From Actinomycetes bacterium (GTDB lineage: Bacteria; Actinomycetota; Acidimicrobiia; Spongiisociales; JAHEDJ01), in the NCBI GenBank assembly GCA_024641245.1, contig JAHEDK010000004.1, positions 6,584 through 70,583 of the forward strand: a stretch of 64,000 nt of DNA, written 5' to 3'. Position numbers and translations under genes: made by a program. Every line of letters starts with the position of its first letter. The stretch's first letter is position 1. This document shows, piece by piece, positions 20,250-28,649 of this stretch. The notes beneath the pieces were generated by a model that saw only the letters and a program-made list of their open reading frames with translations, was not told where the DNA came from and did not search any database.

Positions 20250-20654
20250 CTACCCGAAGAAGATCCCGAGTTCCCGTTGTGCGCTTTCGGTGGAGTCCGA
20301 TCCGTGCACGATATTGTTGGTCACGATCAAGCCGAGATCACCGCGAATAGTGCCCGGTACCGCCTGCTTGGGGTCTGTTGCCCCCATCAGGGTTCGTGCC
20401 ACCGACACCGCCGATTCACCAGACCATTCCATGGCCACCACCGGACCGCTCGTGATGAACTCGACGAGTTCGGCGAAGAACGGCTTGTCGACGTGTTCGG
20501 CATAATGCACACCGGCCATCGCCTCATCGATCGTGAGGGAGCGGATCTTCTCGAGTCGAAGGCCCTTCCGTTCGAACCGGCCGATGACTTCCCCGACCAG
20601 GCCTCGGGCGACGCCGTCTGGTTTCACCATGATGAATGTGTTTTCGATTGCCAA
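20250..20654 (-). CDS. ndk: nucleoside diphosphate kinase
   Basis: Contains [10 protein letters not shown] and NIVHGSDS (active-site His). Confidence 0.95.
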   Translation of the reverse strand: MAIENTFIMVKPDGVARGLVGEVIGRFERKGLRLEKIRSLTIDEAMAGVHYAEHVDKPFFAELVEFITSGPVVAMEWSGESAVSVARTLMGATDPKQAVPGTIRGDLGLIVTNNIVHGSDSTESAQRELGIFFG

Positions 20655-20798
20655 GCTGTGTGCTCCTTCGTGAAGACGGTGGATGGTAGCGAGCGACGAT
20701 TGGGCCGTCTGTCACGGGCATTGACCACAGGCCGGTCGGGACGAGTTGCTTAGGAATATCGCTGATTTGCCGGACGCGACTCCGTTGCCGGTACCGAC

Positions 20799-22097
20799 TC
20801 AGCGCAACGGGTCGAGCAGCGCGGTGCGCGCCTCTCCGACCACGTAGAGCGAACCGGTCACCAGGATCGCACCATCGGCCCCGGCCAGCCGGCGGGCCGC
20901 CTCGAGCGCCGGCGGAATACCAACGACCGTCTCCACCGGTACGTCGAGCACAAGCGACACAGTGTCGGCCACCCGATCAGCCGGAATGGCGCGCTCATAG
21001 TCGACGGAGGTGGCTACCACGGCCGACACCTGACCGTCGAGGTTCCGGATCATCGCTTCGAGATCCTTGTCTCCCATGGCTCCTATAACAACGACCCACT
21101 CCTCCGGCAGGAATTCGGTGGCGAGCGCCTCCGACAACAGCTCGAAGGCTTCTGTGTTGTGCGCGCCGTCGAGCAAGATCAGTGGCCTCCGCCCAACAAC
21201 CTCCAGGCGTCCGGGAGAGGTTGCCGCCGCCGTGCCTTCGCGCACGGCGTCCAGGTCCAGCGCCCGTCCGGTAAGCTCTTCAACGGCGGCGATGGCCACG
21301 GCCAGATTGTCGAACTGGTGACGACCGTGCAGGGGGAGAAGCAGCTCATCGTACGTCTCGTACACCCCGCTCACGGAACCGGCCCAGCCGCCGACCGCCA
21401 TGGTGACGAACTCAGGGTGATACTCGGCACCGAAACGCCGGTGTGGAATTCCGAGGCTCTCGGCCCGGGCGGCGGCTACTGCATATGCTGCCTCAGGCAG
21501 CGAACCGGTGATGAGCACCGACGATTCCTTGGCGATTGCCAGCTTCTCGATGGCTATCTCCTCAATCGAGTTACCCAACCACGACGTATGCTCGAGGGAG
21601 ATTCCGGTCACGACCGCCACCCGGCCGTCGACGATGTTCGTGGCGTCGAGCCGTCCGCCGAGTCCGACCTCGACGACCGCGACATCGACGGCGTTGGCGG
21701 CGAAGTAGGAGAAGGCCAGCGCGGCGGTGAGCTCGAAATAGGTCGGCGTTTGTCCGGTGCGATCCTCGAACAACTGGACGAACGGGACGATGTCGGCCAC
21801 TGCCTCTGCAAACTCATCCTCGGTGGCATACACCCCGTCGAGCGCGAGTCGTTCCTCGATCTTCTCGAGATGTGGAGAGATGAAAGTTCCAACCCTCAAC
21901 CCGTGGGCGACGAGCAACGAGGTGATCATCCGGGCGGTAGATGTCTTGCCGTTGCTACCGGTCAAATGTATCACCGGAGCAGCCAGCTGGGGGTCTCCCA
22001 TCATCTCCATCAGTGCCCGGACGCGATCCAATCCGGGCTGCACACCCTGGCCGATATGGGTATCGAGGAAGTCGACCGCTTCGGGGTAGTTCATCAC
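20799..22097 (-). CDS. folC: folylpolyglutamate synthase / dihydrofolate synthase
   Basis: Mur-ligase P-loop TGSNGKTST and the FolC-like overall pattern. Confidence 0.9.
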   Translation of the reverse strand: MMNYPEAVDFLDTHIGQGVQPGLDRVRALMEMMGDPQLAAPVIHLTGSNGKTSTARMITSLLVAHGLRVGTFISPHLEKIEERLALDGVYATEDEFAEAVADIVPFVQLFEDRTGQTPTYFELTAALAFSYFAANAVDVAVVEVGLGGRLDATNIVDGRVAVVTGISLEHTSWLGNSIEEIAIEKLAIAKESSVLITGSLPEAAYAVAAARAESLGIPHRRFGAEYHPEFVTMAVGGWAGSVSGVYETYDELLLPLHGRHQFDNLAVAIAAVEELTGRALDLDAVREGTAAATSPGRLEVVGRRPLILLDGAHNTEAFELLSEALATEFLPEEWVVVIGAMGDKDLEAMIRNLDGQVSAVVATSVDYERAIPADRVADTVSLVLDVPVETVVGIPPALEAARRLAGADGAILVTGSLYVVGEARTALLDPLR

Positions 22098-22100
22098 CGG

Positions 22101-24698
22101 CTAGCTTCCGAGTTCGACGAGCTGGGTACGCAGCTTGTCGAGCCGCCCGCGGAATTCTGATGCCTTCTCTTCTTCCTTTGTCACAACTTCGGTGGGCGCC
22201 CGATCGCGAAACGCTGGATTCGAGAGTTTCGTCTCAGATTTGGCGAGGTCCGCCGAGGTGACCTCAATCGCTTTGGCCAGCCGGCTCCGCTCGGCGTCTA
22301 GGTCGACGTTCCCTTCGAGAGGGATGAACGCCTGCACGCTCCCGGCTACGACCCGCGTATGTCCGGCGGTTGGTTTCTGAGCAATGTGCTCAGGTGTTGC
22401 ACCGGCCAGGGCTTGGATCTGTTCGATCCACCAGTCCTCCACGACTCCTTCAGGATCGAGGAGTTTCATAGCCAGCCCGGCGCGTGGACCAAGACCATGT
22501 TCGGCCCGGAACCGGCGGATCCCGGTGATGAGGTCCTGGAAGGTATCGAGATTGGCCGGTGCCTCGATCGCCGGAGGCTGAGGCCAGTTTGATCCGGCCA
22601 GGAGACCATCGGCCACCAGTTCCGACCACAGTTCTTCCGTCAGAAATGGGATGGCCGGATGAAAGAGTTTCAGCACGTCCCGCAACACGGTGCCGAGCGT
22701 TTGCCGGGTGGTTGCCGCGCGCTCCTCGTCACGGAGGGGCGCCTTCGACATCTCAATGTACCAGTCGAACACTTCCGACCAGGCGAAGTTGTAGAGGAGG
22801 CCGAAGGCATCGGAGAATCGATATTCATCCGCTAGCTCGTCGAACCGGCGCTGCACCTCACCCAGGCGGGCAAGGATCCAGCGGTCGGCAGGGCCGGGAT
22901 CTTCCGGATAGCCCCCATCCGCCGGTACCGAGCCACGCTCGATGTGGAGCCCGGCAAACCTCTGCGCGTTCCAGAGTTTGTTACCGAATTTGCGGGCGCC
23001 TACCACCCATTCCATGTCGAATGGGACGTCGTGACCGGGCGCGGCCGACTGAATGAGCGCCAGGCGCAGCGGATCAGCGCCGTGTTCTTCGATCACGTCG
23101 AGGGGGTCGATGGCATTTCCGATCGACTTCGACATCTTTCTCCCGCTTGCGTCTCTGACGAGGCCGTGTATGACCGTGTCGACGAACGGGACATCCTCCA
23201 TGAAGTGGATGCCCATTTGCATCATCCGGGCAACCCAGAAGTAGATGATGTCGAACCCGGTGATGAGCACCGCATTGGGGTAGAACCGGGCGAGATCGGT
23301 CGTTTCGTCGGGCCAGCCGAGCGTCGAGAACGGCCACAGTGCTGAAGAGAACCACGTGTCGAGCACGTCATTGTCCTGGCGGAGGTCGGTTGAACCACAT
23401 TTCGTGCACGCCGTGGGGTCCTGCCGGGCCACGATGGTCTCATCACAGGCATCGCAGTACCAGGCGGGAATCCGATGGCCCCACCAGATTTGACGGCTGA
23501 TGCACCAGTCCCGCAGGTTCTCCATCCAGTGGAAGTAGTTCTTCTCCCACCGCTTCGGGACGAACCTGGTATCGCCCGTCCGCACGACGTCGATGGCCGG
23601 TTCGGTCAGCGGCCGGACTTTCACGAACCACTGGAGCGAGAGGTACGGTTCGACGACCGTCGAACAGCGGTAGCAGTGTCCCACCGAGTGCTCGTGGGTC
23701 TCCACCTTCTCGAGGTAGCCCCGCTTGTGGAGTTCATGCTTGACGGCTTCTCGCGCCTCGAACCGGTCCATGCCGAAGAACTCGCCGCCGGCCTCGGTGA
23801 TCACGGCTCGTTCGTTGAGAATCTTGATCGATTCCAGGCCGTGCCGTTGCCCCATGTCGAAGTCGTTCAGATCGTGGGCAGGGGTCACCTTGACTGCGCC
23901 TGTTCCGAATTCCCGGTCAACGAACTCGTCGGCGATGATCGGGATCTCCCTCTCCAGGAGCGGCAACCGCAGTTTTCTACCGATCAGGTGCCGGTAGCGT
24001 TCGTCGTCCGGATGCACGGCCACCGCCGTATCACCCAGCATCGTCTCCGCTCTAGTTGTTGCAACCGTTATCCCCCCTTTTCCGTCCACAAATGGATAGG
24101 TGATGTGGGCGAGTTCGCCCGTCTCATCGTCGTATTCGACCTCGATCTCGGCCAGTGCCGTGCCACACCGCGGGCACCAGTTGATGATCCGGTCTCCGCG
24201 GTAGATCAGATCCTCCTCGAAGAGGCGAACGAATACTTCTCTAACGGCGCGCGACAGACCCTCGTCCATGGTGAAACGCTCACGCGTCCAGTCCACGGAG
24301 TCACCCAGGGCGCGCATCTGGAGCGAGATTCGGTTGCCGTACCGCCGCTTCCATTCCCACACCTGCTCGATGAACGCGTCGCGACCGACATCGTGCCGGG
24401 TGAGCCCTTCCTGGGCCATTTCCCGCTCGACCACGTTCTGGGTAGCGATGCCGGCGTGGTCGGTGCCTGGTAGCCAGAGGGCCGCAAACCCCTGCATGCG
24501 GCGACGACGAATGATGGCGTCGTGAATCGTGTGGTTCAGGGCGTGACCCATATGCAGCGACCCGGTCACGTTGGGGGGTGGAATGACGATGCAGAACGGC
24601 ACGCCGTCCGGGTTGTGTTCGGGACGGAATACCCCCGCTTGCTCCCACCGGTCGTACCAGTCGGCCTCCACGGCTTTGGGGTCGTAGGTCGCTTCCAT
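22101..24698 (-). CDS. valS: valine--tRNA ligase
   Basis: HIGH-type motif (PPNVTGSLHMGH), KMSKS, and a C-terminal coiled coil. Confidence 0.95.
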   Translation of the reverse strand: MEATYDPKAVEADWYDRWEQAGVFRPEHNPDGVPFCIVIPPPNVTGSLHMGHALNHTIHDAIIRRRRMQGFAALWLPGTDHAGIATQNVVEREMAQEGLTRHDVGRDAFIEQVWEWKRRYGNRISLQMRALGDSVDWTRERFTMDEGLSRAVREVFVRLFEEDLIYRGDRIINWCPRCGTALAEIEVEYDDETGELAHITYPFVDGKGGITVATTRAETMLGDTAVAVHPDDERYRHLIGRKLRLPLLEREIPIIADEFVDREFGTGAVKVTPAHDLNDFDMGQRHGLESIKILNERAVITEAGGEFFGMDRFEAREAVKHELHKRGYLEKVETHEHSVGHCYRCSTVVEPYLSLQWFVKVRPLTEPAIDVVRTGDTRFVPKRWEKNYFHWMENLRDWCISRQIWWGHRIPAWYCDACDETIVARQDPTACTKCGSTDLRQDNDVLDTWFSSALWPFSTLGWPDETTDLARFYPNAVLITGFDIIYFWVARMMQMGIHFMEDVPFVDTVIHGLVRDASGRKMSKSIGNAIDPLDVIEEHGADPLRLALIQSAAPGHDVPFDMEWVVGARKFGNKLWNAQRFAGLHIERGSVPADGGYPEDPGPADRWILARLGEVQRRFDELADEYRFSDAFGLLYNFAWSEVFDWYIEMSKAPLRDEERAATTRQTLGTVLRDVLKLFHPAIPFLTEELWSELVADGLLAGSNWPQPPAIEAPANLDTFQDLITGIRRFRAEHGLGPRAGLAMKLLDPEGVVEDWWIEQIQALAGATPEHIAQKPTAGHTRVVAGSVQAFIPLEGNVDLDAERSRLAKAIEVTSADLAKSETKLSNPAFRDRAPTEVVTKEEEKASEFRGRLDKLRTQLVELGS

Positions 24699-24817
24699 TG
24701 CACCTTCATCTCAATCGCGAATCGCCATTGTACGAACGATGGACGCGAGTCGGGGCGGTATTGACAACGAGCGAGAGCCCCGACCGTGGTGGGCCGAGGC
24801 TCTCGATTCCCCAGGAC

Positions 24818-27800
24818 TCAGTGAGCTTGAGGTAGCCGTGCCGACCACCCGGCAATCGGTTGATCCTCCCGACGCCGGAGCGAGAGGACGGTCATTCCTC
24901 CCAGCGCGAGCAGCGCCATGGCGAGACCGGCAAGGCTTGGTCCGCCCGCGTCTCCGGTGAACGGGAGAGTCCCGGATGTCGTCGAGGTGGTGGTGATTAC
25001 CTGTGGAAGCACCTTCACCCTGAGGATGCCGGCGTCCAGACTCATGTCGAAAGAGCCGGCTGCGAGATGGAACTGAGCGGTCACACCGACTTGCTGCTTC
25101 AGTGCCTCGAAGGCGAGCAGCATGGCCGAAGCGCCGGGCCCGCCCGTCGACGCTGCCACCTCCTCGGCGAATACCGCATCACTGTCGCGGTTGTCGTCAC
25201 CCATGTTGGGATCAGTGAACTCCCATCCTGGTGGGGTGGTGAACCGAAGGTAGTAGTCCCCTTCCGGAACGTTGGCCAGGATGTAGATGCCGTTGGCGTC
25301 GGACGTGGTTTCCGTTACGACCATCTTCGTCGCAGCATCCACCAACTCGACCTTCATCCCCTCGACACCGACTTCGGATGGATCCTGCAACCCATTCCCG
25401 TCAACATCGAGCCACACGAAGTCCCCGATCGCGCCTAGCAAAGCGGGTATCTCATGGTTCTCAAACACGCAGGTAACCGTCGAGCCGGGTGGAATAAACA
25501 GACTTGCGGCCCCCGTTCCGAGGTCGACGTCGGGCTCCGCGCCGACACACGACACGTCGACCAGCTCCCAACCTTCGACCATCAGCTCCCTGATCGTGTA
25601 AGTACCCGTCTCGAGTGTCATCTCGAACGTCTCGCCGGCACCCAGATCGGCGACCTCAGCACCGTCGAGTACGAAGGTGAACTCGGCATCAGTCTCAACA
25701 TCGGTCTCTTTCTCGAGAATGAAGTCGGAGGTCTTGTAGTCCCAGAACGTACAGGTGACGTCCTCGCCCGGATCGAGATCGATCTCCCCGGGGTCGTCGT
25801 CCTTGTCGCAAGTCGCGGATTCGATGTACCAGCCGGCCGCCACCTGCGCGGCGGTGAGGCTTTCGGACAGGTCGTAGGAGCCCGGCACGAGTTCATCCCA
25901 GGTGTACGATCCGCCGTCGCCGGCGACTATCTGGGCATCACCGGGGTCCAGGGTGAAACTGAAACCCTGTGCATCGGCCGGCGCCGTCTTCTTGACCACC
26001 GTGATCGAACCGAGTTCTTGCACATTTCTGAAGGTGCAGGTCACGTGATCACCGGGCAACAGATCGATATCTACCCCATTATCGATGGAAGCAACGCCTG
26101 ACTCGAGCTCGGACTCACAGCTGACCGAGTCGAGGCTCCACAGTTCCGTCACCTGCGCTGCACTGAGCGCCTCGGTGAGGCTGTAGGTCCGACCCCCTTC
26201 CACATCGATCCACGTGTAGGACCCGCCGTCGCCGCCAACCGAAACCTCGTCTCCGTCGAGTGTGAACACGAAATTCTGTGTGGTCGTAGGTTCGGTCGTC
26301 TTCACAACGGTGATCGAGCTCAAGGCTTGCACATTGTGGAACTTGCACACGACGTGCTCACCCGGATCGAGTGTGATCGCATCCGGATCATCGCCGTTGT
26401 CGCAGGTGGCCGACACGCTCGTCCAACCTGTTGCTTCCTGCAGCGCGGCGAGGGTCTCGGTGAGGCTGTAGTCACCGGCAAGTAGGTTCGACCACGTGGT
26501 GCTTCCGGCGCTTCCCGACACCGCCCGCGTGGTTCCCGGTGCCAATGTGAACTCGAAGTCCTCAGCGGACTCAGGATCGGTGGTCTTGATGACTTCGATC
26601 GAGCCGCGGAGCTGATGGTCGTTGAACACGCAGTGAACGGTTTCGCCCGCCGCCAGATCAATCGTGACTCCATCCTCGGTCTCTCTCACTCCTTCGCTGT
26701 CACACTCAACACCCTCGAGAACCCAGCCGTCGGGCACCAGTTCGGACACGGCGTACTCGTCGGGCACCAGAGGCCCCGAATCGTTCTTCTCGCCGTCGGC
26801 AAGCGTGAACGGCTCGCCGTAGCTCGGGCTGAACACGAACGTGTCCGGCATCTGAGCCGGATCGGTGCGCTTCTCGACGATGATTCGGCCACGGTGCGTG
26901 TTCACGAACGTGCAGGTCACCGTCTCACCGGCCGCCAGGTCGATTACCCCCGGCTCACTCCCATCGTCGCAGGTCGCATCGGTCAGATCCCATCCATCGG
27001 GCACCGCCTCCGCTACCCCATAGGTGCCGGCTACGAGGCCGGCGAAGGACTCGGATTTGCCATCGTCAAGGGAGAACAAACCCAGATCTCCGGTGAAATC
27101 GAACCCGATCCCACCGGCAGGAACGGTTTCCTTGACGATGATGACCTCGCCGAGTCTCTCATTGGTGAACGTGCAGTGAACGGTCTCGCCCGCGCCGAGT
27201 TCTATCGCATCCGGGTCGCTGCCGTCGTCGCAGGTAGCCGAGTCGAGTCGCCAGCCTTCGGGAACGATCTCCGACACCGCGTAGATCCCGGCGAGGAGAT
27301 CCCGGAAGGTCTCCATCTGACCGTCGTCGAGGACGAAGTTATCGAAACTGCCTTCGAACTCGAATCCCGTGCCCCCGGCCGGGTCGGTCACCTTGTCGAC
27401 GATGATCGTTCCGCGGTCCTGAGAGTCCCAGAACGTGCAGACGACGTCTTCTTCTTGACTCTCGCTGAGCGTGATCGACGCACCCCCGGGCGCGTCCGTC
27501 CAGTTGGCGTCGCCGCAATCGATCTCGTCGAGTACCCAACCATCCGGCACGAGTTCGGTCAGGCTGTAGACGCCACCGAACAGGCCCGACCACCAATAGG
27601 AACCGTAGTCGCCGCTGATCGTTTGAACGTCGATGAACTCCGGTCCTGCGAGGGTGAACTCGAACGTGCCCTGCTCGGGGTCCGCCACTTTGATCACCGT
27701 TATCGTCGAGCGGATGAGATCACCAATCTTCTTGAAGTTGATGGTTTGCTCACCGCTCCCGCTCGAGATCGGATCCTGCACCGGGGCGATCACTCGAGCG

Positions 27801-28447
27801 TCGGTGAGCGCACCCTGGAGATTGCCGGTCGGACGCGAATACGGCTGGCAACTGATCCGCGTGTCGATGCGAAGCACGACGGACTCGGCTGCTTCCAGAT
27901 CGTCGACTTGCACGGTCAGCAGCAACTCGGATCCGGAGCTGTATGGCGGCCCTGTGAGACCGGTGCTGACGATGCTGGCAGCACTCCCGTGATCATCTTC
28001 GATGCCGTCGTCGGTACCCCCGGTCCCATCGCCGACACCCCAGGCGATAACGCCGTAGTTGATCCCGACTCCCACGACTTCCTTGTGGGCTGCGCCAGAC
28101 TGGCCGGTTGTATCCGCACTGAAACTGAACGAGAACTGAGCCGTCTGCACGGGATCACTTGGATCCGGAGCATTTTCGACGAGCAGCAGGTAGGTCACGA
28201 TGTCGCCACAGCGAAAATCGCCACCCTGGAGCGATTCGACGACGTCCACGCCAATCGTCCTATCGTCGTAGGCCCCTCCGCCGACGCCATGGTCGTAGCT
28301 GTAGGGTTCGGCGGCAATGAAGTCGAGTTGAAAATCGCCGCCTTCCGCCGCAGCGGGTGGAGGCATCAGCACCACAACCGTCATTACGACGACGAGAAAC
28401 GCCAGCAACGAGGTGCCGGCCGCTTTGGACAGAAGACCGTACCGCAT
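24818..28447 (-). CDS. LPXTG-type cell-wall-anchored surface protein A (1209 aa)
   Basis: Layout: signal peptide, a unique tip region of about 240 aa, eight repeats of about 90 aa, one SdrD/Cna-B-like unit, and a Thr linker.
- Each repeat has the form I/V-x-V-x-K-x-T-x-P ... two Cys ... TCTFxN (prealbumin/SpaA-like).
- The SdrD/Cna-B-like unit reads GDFVWLDVDGNGLQD.
- The sorting signal is LPFTGDAGG + TM + RRRE.
- AGGAGG SD lies upstream. Confidence 0.85.
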   Translation of the reverse strand: MRYGLLSKAAGTSLLAFLVVVMTVVVLMPPPAAAEGGDFQLDFIAAEPYSYDHGVGGGAYDDRTIGVDVVESLQGGDFRCGDIVTYLLLVENAPDPSDPVQTAQFSFSFSADTTGQSGAAHKEVVGVGINYGVIAWGVGDGTGGTDDGIEDDHGSAASIVSTGLTGPPYSSGSELLLTVQVDDLEAAESVVLRIDTRISCQPYSRPTGNLQGALTDARVIAPVQDPISSGSGEQTINFKKIGDLIRSTITVIKVADPEQGTFEFTLAGPEFIDVQTISGDYGSYWWSGLFGGVYSLTELVPDGWVLDEIDCGDANWTDAPGGASITLSESQEEDVVCTFWDSQDRGTIIVDKVTDPAGGTGFEFEGSFDNFVLDDGQMETFRDLLAGIYAVSEIVPEGWRLDSATCDDGSDPDAIELGAGETVHCTFTNERLGEVIIVKETVPAGGIGFDFTGDLGLFSLDDGKSESFAGLVAGTYGVAEAVPDGWDLTDATCDDGSEPGVIDLAAGETVTCTFVNTHRGRIIVEKRTDPAQMPDTFVFSPSYGEPFTLADGEKNDSGPLVPDEYAVSELVPDGWVLEGVECDSEGVRETEDGVTIDLAAGETVHCVFNDHQLRGSIEVIKTTDPESAEDFEFTLAPGTTRAVSGSAGSTTWSNLLAGDYSLTETLAALQEATGWTSVSATCDNGDDPDAITLDPGEHVVCKFHNVQALSSITVVKTTEPTTTQNFVFTLDGDEVSVGGDGGSYTWIDVEGGRTYSLTEALSAAQVTELWSLDSVSCESELESGVASIDNGVDIDLLPGDHVTCTFRNVQELGSITVVKKTAPADAQGFSFTLDPGDAQIVAGDGGSYTWDELVPGSYDLSESLTAAQVAAGWYIESATCDKDDDPGEIDLDPGEDVTCTFWDYKTSDFILEKETDVETDAEFTFVLDGAEVADLGAGETFEMTLETGTYTIRELMVEGWELVDVSCVGAEPDVDLGTGAASLFIPPGSTVTCVFENHEIPALLGAIGDFVWLDVDGNGLQDPSEVGVEGMKVELVDAATKMVVTETTSDANGIYILANVPEGDYYLRFTTPPGWEFTDPNMGDDNRDSDAVFAEEVAASTGGPGASAMLLAFEALKQQVGVTAQFHLAAGSFDMSLDAGILRVKVLPQVITTTSTTSGTLPFTGDAGGPSLAGLAMALLALGGMTVLSLRRREDQPIAGWSARLPQAH

Positions 28448-28466
28448 ACCTACCTCCTAGGTGTAC

Positions 28467-28534
28467 GGGCCGGTCTCACCATTGGCTCGCTCCAGTCCCG
28501 GTGACCGATCTCAGACTGGAGTTCATGGCCTCCC
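28467..28534 (-). promoter_or_regulatory. conserved leader element, copy A
   Basis: Minus-strand reading: GGGAGGC-N24-AUCGGUCACC-GGGACUGGAGCGAGCCAA-UGGUGAGACCGGCCC. It ends 19 nt before the AGGAGG SD of protein A. The same blocks occur upstream of proteins B and C. Confidence 0.45.
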
Positions 28535-28601
28535 GAGCCAGGTTTCATCATCTCATTGGGCAGACAATCACACAATGGGCCTCCGGCCCTATCGCGCAAC
28601 T

Positions 28602-28625
28602 GGGCCCCGGAGAACTCCGGGGCCC
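28602..28625 (-). terminator. GC-rich hairpin downstream of surface protein B
   Basis: GGGCCCCGGAG/CTCCGGGGCCC inverted repeat 25 nt after the stop. There is no clear U-tract. It is similar in sequence to the hairpin after protein C. Confidence 0.4.
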
Positions 28626-28649
28626 AGCGTTTCCTTCCTCCCGCCGTTG

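Noticed and set aside
24699-24817. Inverted repeats (GTCGGGGC...GCCCCGAC and GAGAGCC...GGCTCTC) between surface gene A and valS, considered as a special element.
   Set aside because: This is most simply a terminator for gene A, or part of the valS promoter region. It is not repeated elsewhere in the window, and the loops are long (18-20 nt).
28448-28534. Leader peptides (uORFs) within the conserved surface-protein leaders.
   Set aside because: A 16-codon uORF exists in copy A. In copy B the same register is closed by UGA and has no start codon. The conserved blocks also fall in different frames. The conservation is therefore at the nucleotide level.
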